Positions 10,597 through 22,752 of a stretch of 64,000 bases of DNA are shown here, one piece after another. Below the pieces are notes generated by a model that was not told the DNA's origin, searched no databases, and was given only the letters and a program-made list of their open reading frames with translations. Position 1 is the first letter of the stretch, and every line of letters starts with the position of its first letter. The translations under genes and the position numbers were made by a program. The stretch spans positions 1,798,001 to 1,862,000 of the forward strand of contig OZ251228.1 in NCBI GenBank assembly GCA_965240325.2. The letters run 5' to 3'. Source of the stretch: Rebecca billardiae RCC1528. Its lineage: Eukaryota; Protista; Haptophyta.

Positions 10597-11884
10597 CTAC
10601 AGCAGGCTCCACCCGGCGGTTCCGAATTGGGACCACCTTCTTCTGCCCCGCCCTCGTGGCGGCGTCACGGCGGGACCGGTGCCGCGTCGGCCCGAGAGCG
10701 TCGGCAGCGCGCCCTTGCCAAACAGCGTGCCGCCGGGCTTGACCGCAAGAGGCTGAGGGCTGCTGACGTCAAACGAAGTGCGCCGCCATGACGAAGATTG
10801 GTCGAAGGATGCCCGACGCCACGGTGCAGGGCTGGGGCTGCCCAGACGATCGGTGTCGGAGAACGTGGAGCCCACCGAAGCCGCCGAGTCCGTCCGCGAC
10901 AACTCCGGGCGCGATCGCCGGGCCGTGTACAGCGGGTCGGCGCTGAGCTGCGGTGTCGGGTCTGCCGCTGACCAGCCGCCAGAGATCACCTCCTTGTGGT
11001 CAAACTCGTCGGTGAGCTCGGGGTTGAAGTCGAAGTCGGCGAACGCGCGCATCGCCGCCCCGTAGATCAGGCGCATGATCACCAGCATCGCGATCGTACC
11101 CAGCACTGAGGTGACGGTCTCGTTGGACGTCCACGACCTGCGCGCGCGCACAGCACGCAGCCGCGTGGAGCTCGCGAGAGCGATCGCGTGAGCGGGCGGC
11201 GCCGGGCGTTGGCACGGCGGCGCGCGGATCGCCGGGACGCGCACGCGGGAGCCGGCGCACCAGAGCACAGCTGTGAGCATGAAGAGGAAGAGACTGATCG
11301 CGAAGAGCCGCGTGGCGCCCCTGTATTCCTCCATCAGCTGGTTGACGGCCACTTCCATCGAGCCCGCTGGCCCGCGCAACGCGAGCCCGGGAGCGAGCAT
11401 CGACGCGAGCGTCGCCTGCCAGAGCGAGAGCATCGCGAAGCCCCTGCAAGGGCGAGAGCATGGGGTCATGATGCGCGCGAGGGCGCAGCGCGTGGGCGTG
11501 GCCGGAACCGAGCACGGCCTGCACGCCGCGCGCGCGCGTGCCCGGCGCGCCACGTTGTGCGCCTCACATGGCACACATCACGGTGAGTGGGTACGTGAAC
11601 TCAGCGCATGTCCTCTCGCAGATGTCGCGGTCGACGTACTTGAGGTAGGTCATGCCGGAGTAGCAGAAGCCAGCGAGCAGCGCGGACTGGGTCGAGATCT
11701 GGTTGCAGCTGTTGTAGAAGTAGTCGAGCTCTGCGCGGCGCGCAGAGAATCGGTGATGCGCGTCAGGCGCGCGCGCGTATGCGCGCGATCGGCGGGATGT
11801 GCCCACGCACGCACCCTTGTCGCGGATGTGGAGCAGCTTGACCATGACGCCGGTCTTGAGCGCCTTCTTGTTGGCGCCCAGCAT
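10597..11884 (-). CDS. Four-TM Orai-like membrane protein (GLALRGP family)
   Basis: Exons 11884-11815, 11730-11568, 11443-11261 and 11137-10597 join in frame at GT-AG introns. Motifs QSALLAGF and APGLALRGPAGSM, four hydrophobic helices. Confidence 0.75.
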
Positions 11885-12048
11885 GGCGCCTCGGACCCGC
11901 GCGGGGGCGCCGGAGGGGCGCGCTCTTGGATCCGGCCGGCAGCCCTGCTGATTTCCGCTTGCATGTACCAGTGGGAGCGCTGCGCGGAGTTCAGAGTGCG
12001 CGCCGGGCGCAAGGCGGCAGGCCGAGCACCGCTGCACCGCCCGTCACG

Positions 12049-13616
12049 ATGAACTTCGCTCGTGGACGCGCGTCGCTCCGCCGGCAGCCCAGCGGCACGA
12101 GCGACGGTGGCGCCTCCTCGGGCGCGCCGCCGCCGCCACCGAGTGCGGCCATCTACGCCCCACGAGGCCCCGCGGGCGCGGTCGCCATCGTGGGCCTGCA
12201 TGCGACGCAGGGCCAGGCGGTGCTCGTGGAGCGTGCCGGCTCGAGCGTGCGCGTGCGCGCGGGCGATCGCGGGGAGATCGGCGTGGCCGAGCGCGACAAG
12301 CCGATCGATCTGGCCGTCCAGGCGATTCTCGGCATCGCGCACGTCGGGGACGGCGCCTTCTTCGTCGTCAGCGTCCTCGAGTCGGACGAGGCGGTGCGCG
12401 CCGGGCTGCTCGGCGAGGGCAGCGCGCATGCCGTGCGGAGGGTGCACTTCACGCCGCTGGACGCGCAGGCGGCGTTCGTGCTGGACAGCTCGCTGAGCAT
12501 CGGCGGCGGCCCACCGGGCGGCGCGAGCGCCGCGAGCGCCGTGGGCGTGGCGGCTGCCGCCGCCGTGGGCGCGGGCGCCGCGCTCGGCGCAGGGTGCGGC
12601 GGCTCTGGCAGCGGCCGCGCGGGTGCGCCCGAGGCGTCGCTCGCGGCCAAGCTGCTCGCGCAGCTGCGCTCGGATCTGGAGGAGGAGCACGGCTTCTACT
12701 TTGCGCTCGGCGGGCTCGACCTCACCACCAGCCTGCAGCGCCGGCAGCAGAGCGGCGGCGCGCGCACGCACACCGCCGCCTACTGCTGGAGCGCTGCGCT
12801 GCAGGGCCCGTTCGCGGCCGCGGGGCTGGCGGACGCGCCGTGGCTGGTGCCTGCCATCCGCGGGTACGTGGGCACGTGCGAGAGCATACTCGGTGCGCAC
12901 GCGCGCGCGTCCAGTCCTGCCCACGCGCCGGACTCGTGGGGCCGCGCGCGGCGGCGCGGTGAGACTCACCGCGGCGCGCGCCGGCGGGCGCCCCGCGGCG
13001 CGCGGCGCGCGTGCAGGTGGCGGCGCGCTCGTGTGCACGGCGGTGCTCATCTCGCGCCGCTCGACGCTGCACGCGGGCACGCGCTACTTCACGCGCGGGA
13101 TCACCGACGACGGCGACGTCGCCAACTGCGTCGAGTCTGAGCAGCTGCTCGTGCTCGCGCGCGGCGCGCCAGCCGGCGCGCCGCCGGGCGCGGGTGCGGC
13201 GCTGTGGCGCGCGGCATATGTGCAGATGCGCGGCTCTGTGCCGCTGTACTGGTCGCAGCAGGGTGCGTGCGCGGCGCGCGCGCTCGAGCGCGCGACGCCG
13301 CCGGCACCGCACGGCGGCCCTCGCCACCGGACACCCGAGTCCGGACGCTGACAGTCCGGCCGCCTCCGCGCGGGCGCCGCCGCGTGCTCGCGCTCCCGCT
13401 TGCACCTCTGGCGCCCGCCTCGCGCAGGCATGCAGTACAAGCCGCGGCCGGCGCTGCACCGCACGGCGGCGCAGAACGCGGCGGCGCTGCGCCGCCACCT
13501 CGACGCGCTGAGCAGCGCGTACGGCGCGCCCATCGGCCTCCTCTCGCTGCTCAGCCTCACCGCGCCCGAGGAGGTCGAGCTGGCGCGCTCGTACCAGCAG
13601 GCGGCGGCCGAGGCCA

Positions 13617-13665
<49 letters not shown>

Positions 13666-16600
13666 AGAGGGTGGCGGCGGCGGCGGCGCGGGGCGCGCGC
13701 CCTTCTTCGCGTTCGACTTCCACCGGCACGTCAAGGCGGGCAACCTCACGCCCGTGTACACGTACGCGCAGGAGGTGATGGCGCCCGCTCTGGGCAGCGC
13801 GGGCTCACTGCCTGGCTTCTGGTCCTCCGGCGTGCTGCCGGCGGCGGGCGGCGGCGTCGGCGGCGTGCAGGCCGTGCCTGCGCAGCAGCAGCGCGGCGTG
13901 GTGCGCTCGAACTGCCTGGACTGCCTCGACCGCACCAACATCGCCCAGTTCTGCCTGGCACGCCTCGCGCTCGCCCACCAGCTCGCCCTTCTCAAGCCGA
14001 GAGCGGCCGAGCTGCTCGCGAGCGCGCCCGCGCACGCGGCGGGCGGCGCGCGCGCCGGCGCGGCCGCCGTCTCGCTCGCGGGCTGGGAGACGGAGGCGGG
14101 GCGGCTGGCGGACGGGCTGCAGCGGTGCTGGGCGGAGAACGGCCACGCGATGTCGCTGCAGTACGCGGGCACCGCATCGCTCAAATCGGGCCTGCTCCGG
14201 AAGCCCGCGAGCGGCGGCGCGGAGGGCGAGGCGTCCGCGGCCGACGCGGCCGCCTCGGCCGCGGGCCCGCCCAACGCGGCAGCGCGGCTCACTGCGGCCG
14301 CGGGCATGGCGCAGGTGCTCACCTCGAAGCTGACGGACGGCGCGCACTCGCTGCAGCGCTACTACGTCTCCAACTTCCGCGACGAGCTCAGGTGTGCGCG
14401 AGCGCGCCGCAACAGCGCGCGTGGCGCGCCCGCGCGCCATGTGCCGCGCGCCGCGCGCCCGTGTTGTGACCCATTTCTGAGCTCCGAATTCGACTGATTT
14501 GTCCTCGGTGATGCTGCCATGGTGGCGCCCGCCCGCCGCTGCGCGCCCCGTGCACCGCCGCGCCGTGCGCGCGCGCGGCTCGGCGCGCGGACGCACCGCG
14601 CAGGCAGCAGGCAGTCGACCGTCTGCTCGCGCCACTGCCGGGCCTGAGTGCACCCTCTGTGTCACGCACGCCGAGCGGCCAGCCCGCGGCTGACGGCGCC
14701 GGCTCGGGTGCCGCCGGCTCGGCCGGCGCGCCGCCGGCGCTTCGATTCCTGGTGGCGAGTTGGAACGTGAACGGCAAGGGGCCGTCCCGGGCGGAGGAGG
14801 GCGTAGCGCTGGCGCCGTGCGTCGCCGAGTGGGTGCGCAGCGCGTGGGGCGGCGACGCGAGCGGCGCCGAGCCGCCTCACGTCGTCCTCTTTGGCATGCA
14901 GGTGTGCGCGCGTGTGTGCGCGCGCGCCGCCAACAAGCACGAAGAGAGAAGGACCAAAGAGCCAGAGAAAAAGAGAGCCCCCGCTGCGTTCTTCGCCCTC
15001 GCGTGCTGGCACGCGCTCGAAGCGGGCGCGGTGGTGGCGCGCGGCTGCCCTGCCGCCCCGCGGCGGGCCGCCGCGCACGGCCGCGGCGCCGCGTGAGCGC
15101 ATGCGTGCGTCTGGGCTCACCGCGCGCGCGCGCACGCGCCACACACACACGCCTGCCGCCGCCGCGCGCGCGCGCCCGCAGGAGCTTGTCGCGCTCGACG
15201 TGAAGCACGCTCTCACGGCGGACGTGGCGTCGCGCGTCGAGGGCTGGCGCGCGGCCATGTCGGCCGCGCTCGGCGCTGTCTTCGGCCCGGGCCAGTACGA
15301 GGCGGTCGAGGAGAAGAACATGTTTGGCGTGCAGGCTTGGCTGTTCGTGCACGCGGCCCACTCGGCGGCGCTGAGCCGGCTCGGCACCGAGGCGGTCAAG
15401 ATCGGCTTCGGCGGTACGGTGGGCAACAAGGGCGGCGTCGGCATCCGCTTCCGGCTGTACGGCGTGCCGGTCTGCTTTGTCAACGCGCACCTGCCCTCGG
15501 GCGGCAAGCACGTCGAGGAGCGGAATGGTGCGACAGCTCGCGGCCGCCCGGCGCGGCCCGGCGCGCGCGCGGACGCGCCCGGCCGGGCGCGCGCGCGGCC
15601 CGCGGGCCGGGCCCTGCCGCCCGCCCGCACTCGGCTCACCCCTGCGCTGCCCCGCGCGCGCGGCGCGCGCACGCGGCGCGCGCACGCAGCCGGGTACCGC
15701 GAGATCCTGTCGGCCCTGTCCTCCTCGCTGCGGTTCGCGAGGGACGGCCCGCCGCTCGAGTGCTCCCTGTGTGTCTTCTTCGGCGACCTCAACTACCGCG
15801 TCGCGCTGCCGTCCGAGCAGGTGCGCAACGGTGTCGCGGTGGGCAACCTCGTGGCGCTGCTCGAGCACGAGCAGCTCGGCCGCGCGCGCTCGTCCGGCGC
15901 GGCGTTTGCCGAGTTCGAAGAGGCGCCGCTCTCGTTCGCGCCGACATACAAGTACGACGCGGGTACGGACGACTTCGACACCTCCGAGAAGTTTCGCACG
16001 CCCTCGTGGACGGACCGCGTGCTGTGGCGCGGCGCGGGCGTGTCGTGCGGCGCGTACGCGGCGTGCGCGGCCGCGCGCATCTCCGACCACAAGCCGGTGG
16101 TGGCGCTGCTGGAATGGGCGCGCGGCGCCGCGCAGCCCGGGGCGAGCGCCGCGCCGCGGCCGCGCGAGCGTGCGGAGCCCTCCTTGCTTGGCGCCTTTGG
16201 CGCGCTCGACGCAGGCGGCGGCGCGGACTCGTCGGGCGAGGACAGCCTGATCGGAGACTTGATCGGCGGTGGCGGTGGCGATGGCGCCGGTGGCGCAGAC
16301 GCGGACGAGGGCGGTGACTTCGACCTGATGAGCGGCGGCGGCGGTGGTGGCGGTGACCCGCTCGCGCCGAGCGTGGGCGGCGCGGGCGCGGCGGGCGGCG
16401 CCGAGCTCGACCTCGCGTCGTTGCTCGACGTGCCCCTGGCCGAGGGGCAGCCGGCGGGCGGAGCACAGCAGCTGGCACCGCCAGGGGCGCTGCCGCCGGG
16501 GTCAGCTCGGCCCGGGGCGCTGCCGGAGCCGAGCGCGCCGCTCGGTGCCGCCGCCGGTGGTGCTGGCGGCGGCGGCGGCGTGACAGCGGGGGTGTCGCAG

Positions 16601-17167
16601 CCGCAGCTGCAGCCAGCCGTCGGCCGCCCCGCTGGCATGGGCGGCGCCCTGGGCGCTCTGCCACCGGCGCCGCCCCTCGCACCCACCGCGCAGCCACCCA
16701 GCGGGTGGGCTACCTTTGGGGGGGGCGGTGGTGGCGGGCTGGGCGGATGGGCTGCGCCGGGCGGTGGCGGTGGCGGCGCGGGTGGCGGCCTCGGCGCGGC
16801 GCCACCGGCGCCGATGCACGCACAGCCGGCACAGCGCGCGCTGCCCCCGCCGCCGCCCTTCTCCGCAGCCGGCGCCACGGCGGCGGGTCCGGGCTTCGCC
16901 CCGCCGGCCGCGCTTGCGGGCGCAGCTGTCGGCGTGGCGGGGGGCGCGCTGCCGCCGCCGCCCACCTGGCCGCAGCAGCCGCTGGCCGCGGGGCGGGTGG
17001 CAGGGCCTGCTGGGGCCGCGCCGATGGGAGCAGGCGTGCCCCCGACAGCCGCTCGGGCACAGCCGCCAGCGGGTGGCACGGCAGCGCAGCCGCAGGCGCA
17101 GGGCAGCAGCTCGCTGGACGACCTCGCCGCCGAGGCGCTGCGCAAATTCTCCTCGCCGCCCAAGTAG
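12049..17167 (+). CDS. SYNJ: Synaptojanin-like phosphoinositide phosphatase (SAC1 domain + inositol polyphosphate 5-phosphatase + Pro/Gly-rich tail)
   Basis: SAC motifs LISRRS..AGTRYFTRG, ANCVESEQ, QMRGSVPLYWSQ, RSNCLDCLDRTN. 5-phosphatase motifs SWNVNG, GNKGGV, FVNAHL, FFGDLNYRV, PTYKY, PSWTDRVLW, SDHKPV. Introns 12893-13016, 13263-13427, 14392-14603, 14902-15181, 15528-15689. Confidence 0.93.
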
Positions 17168-17199
17168 GGCTTGGATTCTGATGCTGCCAGCTGATGCGT

Positions 17200-17248
17200 A
17201 ATCTCGCCTGCCTGAGCTGTGTGCGTCTCTTATTCTTAGTAAACTGTA
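17200..17248 (+). repeat. Dispersed repeat family R1, copy 1
   Basis: AATCTCGCCTGCCTGAGCTGTGTGCGTCTCTTATT...AAACTGTA, also at 61032-61086 (+) and 52932-52968 (-). Confidence 0.85.
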
Positions 17249-17386
17249 CTAGGATGGCGCGGCAACCTGCCACCGTGAGCCTTTACGCACGTTAAAACAA
17301 ATAAACTGTACTGTCGTATTGTAAGCTGCTACTCTTTCTATCTAGGCCTGTGTAGATACCTCATACGCGGAGCAAGGGCCTTGATA

Positions 17387-18198
17387 TAGTACCCCTCAAG
17401 TTTAAGCGTTCGCTTCGCTGGCTACGTGATTGCACGCCCGCTCACGCCGTGACGAGCGCACCATGGCGGCTCTCTCGCTCGTGGCGCACGGTCGGGGAGC
17501 ACTCGCGTCTGCGCAGACACACGGCTCGCCCGCAAGTGTGCTGTGTCGCGCACGCGCGCGCTCGCGCGGCCGGCCATCGCGCACAGACCTGACTGGTCTC
17601 ACATGCACCAGCATGGTCGTGCACGCACAGCGCCGCTCCACGCACGCAATAAATTCGAGCGTGGTGCGCATGCACGTACACTCTGTGTCCCTGGTCCACA
17701 CACAGCGTGTGAGCTCGTGCTTTGACCACGTGCAGGCGCACCACAGACTTTCGCGCAGCTGCCGCGCCGGGCCGTGCCAGCGGCTCGACAGGCTCAGCTC
17801 GTGGGCAGCGCTCGCTCAATTGCATGCTCCTGCCGCGCAGGGTGCCCAGCTTGCTGCGCTCGGTGTGTACTGGCGCGCTCGGACGGCACCCCGCGTACGC
17901 CTCGGGCCACGCGTGGGAGCCTAGCTCCACGCACGGAGGACTCGCAGGCGCAGGCCGGCGGCTGCCTCACACGGCTTGGTCGGGAGGCCGCCGCGCGGCT
18001 ACCGTCGAGCTCGCCGATCGGCTGCACCTACTTTCAGCGCACGCTACCGCCGCCTCGCGCACGACACGGCAAGGCTGAACACGTGACTGTGGGCGGGCAT
18101 CAGCCCCAAGTACGCAGCCATCAGCACCACGGCCTTCACCTTCAGCGCCGACGATAGAGCCGCCGCTTGATTTTATCGCTTAAACTTGAGGGCCACTA
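17387..18198. repeat. Module A copy 1 (812 bp, 22-bp terminal inverted repeats)
   Basis: Left end TAGTACCCCTCAAGTTTAAGCG; reverse complement of right end TAGTGGCCCTCAAGTTTAAGCG (20/22 match). Confidence 0.9.
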
Positions 18199-18493
18199 AG
18201 TCGGAGGCTGCTGAAAACCCGCGTGAGACGTGAGCATCATCGTAGGTGGTGTCGACGAAGGTTCACTCTGACGCGCGCAGGCCGTTTCGACTCTGGCTGG
18301 CGCGCGCGCTATATGGCTAGGACGGATCGTGCCGGAGCGCTCGGAGTAGCCGGCTTCTCCCCGTTGCACGAGACTGTGCTGCTCCATTGGCAACATGACA
18401 GGGTTGTCATTCGTAAGCGTCAGTCAGGGACGTGACATGTGATGACCATGGCCTAGGCCACTGAGGACGCAAGATCAAATCAGCCACAGGAGT

Positions 18494-19345
18494 TGTGACC
18501 TCGAGCGCGAGCGCGCGCGCTCGGCACGCCCCCCGCGCGTGTACCGCGTGCCCGAGCCGGCCCTTCAGATGCGCACGGCGCGCGCGCCGACTCGGCGCTT
18601 CTCGCTGGCTCTAGCCGCAGCCGCAGCTCTCCGTAGCCGTTGGTCGTGACACACCCAGCTCAGCTTGGTCAGATTCGAGCTCGAGCTCTCGCGCGCGCGA
18701 CAGTAGAGGCGGGCCGCCGGTGCCATGTGTACGCTCATCGGGGCCGTACCTGGCGCTGGGCGCCGCGCCGGCGCGCGCGCGTGTGCGCACGCGCCGCAGC
18801 AGCCGTGTCGTTGCTTGAGCCGTGAGGCGCCGGCTGATCGGCAGGTCGGGAGGTCGTGAGATCTGAGCTGAGCCGAAACTCCGGCCGTGGCGGCGGCGCA
18901 GGATGAGCGCCGAGCGCGCGCGCGCGCCCTCGCGCTCGGCACGCCCTCCGCGCGTGTACCGCGTGCCCGAGCCCGCCCTTCAGATGCGCACGGCGCGCGC
19001 GCCGACTCGGCGCTTCTCGCTGGCTCTAGCCGCAGCTCTCCGTAGCCGTTTGCCGTGACACACCCAGCTCAGCTTGGTCAGATTCGAGCTCGAGCTCTCG
19101 CGCGCGCGACAGTAGAGGCGGGCCGCCGGTGCCATGTATACGCTCACCGGGGCCGTACCTGGCGCTGCGCGCCGCGCCGGCGCGCCAGCTTGCGCGCACG
19201 CGCCGCAGCAGCCGTGTTGTTGCCTGAGCCGTGAGGCGCCGGCTGATCGGCAGGTCGTGAGGTCGTGTGAGCTGAGCTGAGCCAAAACTCTGGCCATGGT
19301 GGTGGCGCGCGGGCAGCTGTGACCTCAAGTGCGGGCGTGCACGCG
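18494..19345. repeat. About 2.1 diverged copies of a ~410-bp subrepeat inside module B (also in the B copies at +2683 and +5366)
   Basis: 18565 aligns with 18980 (offset 415, then 409 after a 6-bp indel). A third partial copy begins at 19318 (TGTGACCTC...). Confidence 0.85.
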
Positions 19346-20069
19346 CGTCGCACAGCCCTGCATCGACGTTACCGGCATCTGGCTCGGTGAAGTCCGTCCC
19401 AAACATATGAGCCCCAGCACCATCTCAATGGCTTGGCCGAGCCCGTCGTTCACGGAGAGGTCGTGGCGATCATAGGTCGCTGCCTCGATACGCACTGACC
19501 CTTCCTGTATGCCACGGCTAAGCTCAAGTTGGCCATGATCGTCGGCGCCGCTGCTCGCTGTGCGCATGGTCGCACCGTGGGGCTCTCGGCCGCCGGCGGC
19601 GGTCGCCCTGCAGCCATGCACAAGCTGCTCGCCGATTGGTCGGTTACAAGAATCTACGGTATGCACTTTTGAATCGCAGCCATCATCCGTCCAAGAGCTC
19701 CGGCGACGGCCGCGTGCGGCGCGGTGGCGGCCGCCTGGGCGACACAGCGCGCGCAGCACCCGGCGTTAGAGCGCAATCGACGCATACAACCTCGAAGAGG
19801 CAGCGCTAGTGGGTCGTACTATCGTGGTTTGCAGCCCTTCTCTCCATGCTCTGCGCATTGCCACCGCCGCGCGCCGCAACGCTTAAGCATCAGCGAACTC
19901 TCGCAAATCACTACGCGCATGGTCTCCTCCTCGCCCACCAGGGCCGAATGATCGGAGGTCGCGCTGTGGTGGAATACCGACCTAAATATTGTCGTGCGCG
20001 TGGTGCAGCCCGGGCGCCTCAGCGCCCCCCTGGCACCAGCGCACCATTTACCTCTCTTTTATTACCACT

Positions 20070-20881
20070 TAGTACCCCTCAAGTTTAAGCGTTCGCTTCG
20101 CTGGCTACGTGATTGCACGCCCGCTCACGCCGTGACGAGCGCACCATGGCGGCTCTCTCGCTCGTGGCGCACGGTCGGGGAGCACTCGCGTCTGCGCAGA
20201 CACACGGCTCGCCCGCAAGTGTGCTGTGTCGCGCACGCGCGCGCTCGCGCGGCCGGCCATCGCGCACAGACCTGACTGGTCTCACATGCACCAGCATGGT
20301 CGTGCACGCACAGCGCCGCTCCACGCACGCAATAAATTCGAGCGTGGTGCGCATGCACGTACACTCTGTGTCCCTGGTCCACACACAGCGTGTGAGCTCG
20401 TGCTTTGACCACGTGCAGGCGCACCACAGACTTTCGCGCAGCTGCCGCGCCGGGCCGTGCCAGCGGCTCGACAGGCTCAGCTCGTGGGCAGCGCTCGCTC
20501 AATTGCATGCTCCTGCCGCGCAGGGTGCCCAGCTTGCTGCGCTCGGTGTGTACTGGCGCGCTCGGACGGCACCCCGCGTACGCCTCGGGCCACGCGTGGG
20601 AGCCTAGCTCCACGCACGGAGGACTCGCAGGCGCAGGCCGGCGGCTGCCTCACACGGCTTGGTCGGGAGGCCGCCGCGCGGCTACCGTCGAGCTCGCCGA
20701 TCGGCTGCACCTACTTTCAGCGCACGCTACCGCCGCCTCGCGCACGACACGGCAAGGCTGAACACGTGACTGTGGGCGGGCATCAGCCCCAAGTACGCAG
20801 CCATCAGCACCACGGCCTTCACCTTCAGCGCCGACGATAGAGCCGCCGCTTGATTTTATCGCTTAAACTTGAGGGCCACTA
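20070..20881. repeat. Module A copy 2
   Basis: Copy 1 shifted by 2683. Confidence 0.9.
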
Positions 20882-22752
20882 AGTCGGAGGCTGCTGAAAA
20901 CCCGCGTGAGACGTGAGCATCATCGTAGGAGGTGTCGACGAAGATTCACTCTGACGCGCGCAGGCCGTTTCGACTCTGGCTGGCGCGCGCGCTATATGGC
21001 TAGGACGGATCGTGCCGGAGCGCTCGGAGTAGCCGGCTTCTCCCCGTTGCACGAGACTGTGCTGCTCCATTGGCAACATGACAGGGTTGTCATTCGTAAG
21101 CGTCAGTCAGGGACGTGACATGTGATGACCATGGCCTAGGCCACTGAGGACGCAAGATCAAATCAGCCACAGGAGTTGTGACCTCGAGCGCGAGCGCGCG
21201 CGCTCGGCACGCCCCCCGCGCGTGTACCGCGTGCCCGAGCCGGCCCTTCAGATGCGCACGGCGCGCGCGCCGACTCGGCGCTTCTCGCTGGCTCTAGCCG
21301 CAGCCGCAGCTCTCCGTAGCCGTTGGTCGTGACACACCCAGCTCAGCTTGGTCAGATTCGAGCTCGAGCTCTCGCGCGCGCGACAGTAGAGGCGGGCCGC
21401 CGGTGCCATGTGTACGCTCATCGGGGCCGTACCTGGCGCTGGGCGCCGCGCCGGCGCGCGCGCGTGTGCGCACGCGCCGCAGCAGCCGTGTCGTTGCTTG
21501 AGCCGTGAGGCGCCGGCTGATCGGCAGGTCGGGAGGTCGTGAGATCTGAGCTGAGCCGAAACTCCGGCCGTGGCGGCGGCGCAGGATGAGCGCCGAGCGC
21601 GCGCGCGCGCCCTCGCGCTCGGCACGCCCTCCGCGCGTGTACCGCGTGCCCGAGCCCGCCCTTCAGATGCGCACGGCGCGCGCGCCGACTCGGCGCTTCT
21701 CGCTGGCTCTAGCCGCAGCTCTCCGTAGCCGTTTGCCGTGACACACCCAGCTCAGCTTGGTCAGATTCGAGCTCGAGCTCTCGCGCGCGCGACAGTAGAG
21801 GCGGGCCGCCGGTGCCATGTATACGCTCACCGGGGCCGTACCTGGCGCTGCGCGCCGCGCCGGCGCGCCAGCTTGCGCGCACGCGCCGCAGCAGCCGTGT
21901 TGTTGCCTGAGCCGTGAGGCGCCGGCTGATCGGCAGGTCGTGAGGTCGTGTGAGCTGAGCTGAGCCAAAACTCTGGCCATGGTGGTGGCGCGCGGGCAGC
22001 TGTGACCTCAAGTGCGGGCGTGCACGCGCGTCGCACAGCCCTGCATCGACGTTACCGGCATCTGGCTCGGTGAAGTCCGTCCCAAACATATGAGCCCCAG
22101 CACCATCTCAATGGCTTGGCCGAGCCCGTCGTTCACGGAGAGGTCGTGGCGATCATAGGTCGCTGCCTCGATACGCACTGACCCTTCCTGTATGCCACGG
22201 CTAAGCTCAAGTTGGCCATGATCGTCGGCGCCGCTGCTCGCTGTGCGCATGGTCGCACCGTGGGGCTCTCGGCCGCCGGCGGCGGTCGCCCTGCAGCCAT
22301 GCACAAGCTGCTCGCCGATTGGTCGGTTACAAGAATCTACGGTATGCACTTTTGAATCGCAGCCATCATCCGTCCAAGAGCTCCGGCGACGGCCGCGTGC
22401 GGCGCGGTGGCGGCCGCCTGGGCGACACAGCGCGCGCAGCACCCGGCGTTAGAGCGCAATCGACGCATACAACCTCGAAGAGGCAGCGCTAGTGGGTCGT
22501 ACTATCGTGGTTTGCAGCCCTTCTCTCCATGCTCTGCGCATTGCCACCGCCGCGCGCCGCAACGCTTAAGCATCAGCGAACTCTCGCAAATCACTACGCG
22601 CATGGTCTCCTCCTCGCCCACCAGGGCCGAATGATCGGAGGTCGCGCTGTGGTGGAATACCGACCTAAATATTGTCGTGCGCGTGGTGCAGCCCGGGCGC
22701 CTCAGCGCCCCCCTGGCACCAGCGCACCATTTACCTCTCTTTTATTACCACT

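Noticed and set aside
13805-16090. Long antisense or alternate-frame ORFs (also 15793-17163, 37401-39635, 50678-52666, 54011-56314)
   Set aside because: Shadow ORFs opposite genuine genes, caused by high GC3 and scarce stop codons.
18494-19326. 9-bp TGTGACCTC direct repeats as a Mutator-type target-site duplication or introner
   Set aside because: Similarity extends about 30 bp beyond the 9-mer, so it is the start of a third subrepeat copy. No TIRs.
20040-20069. Primer-binding site or polypurine tract next to module A (minus strand AGTGGTAATAAAAGAGAGG)
   Set aside because: TGG follows A on the minus strand, but the rest is too AT-rich for a plausible tRNA acceptor stem, and the purine tract is on the wrong side of A for a PPT in either orientation.
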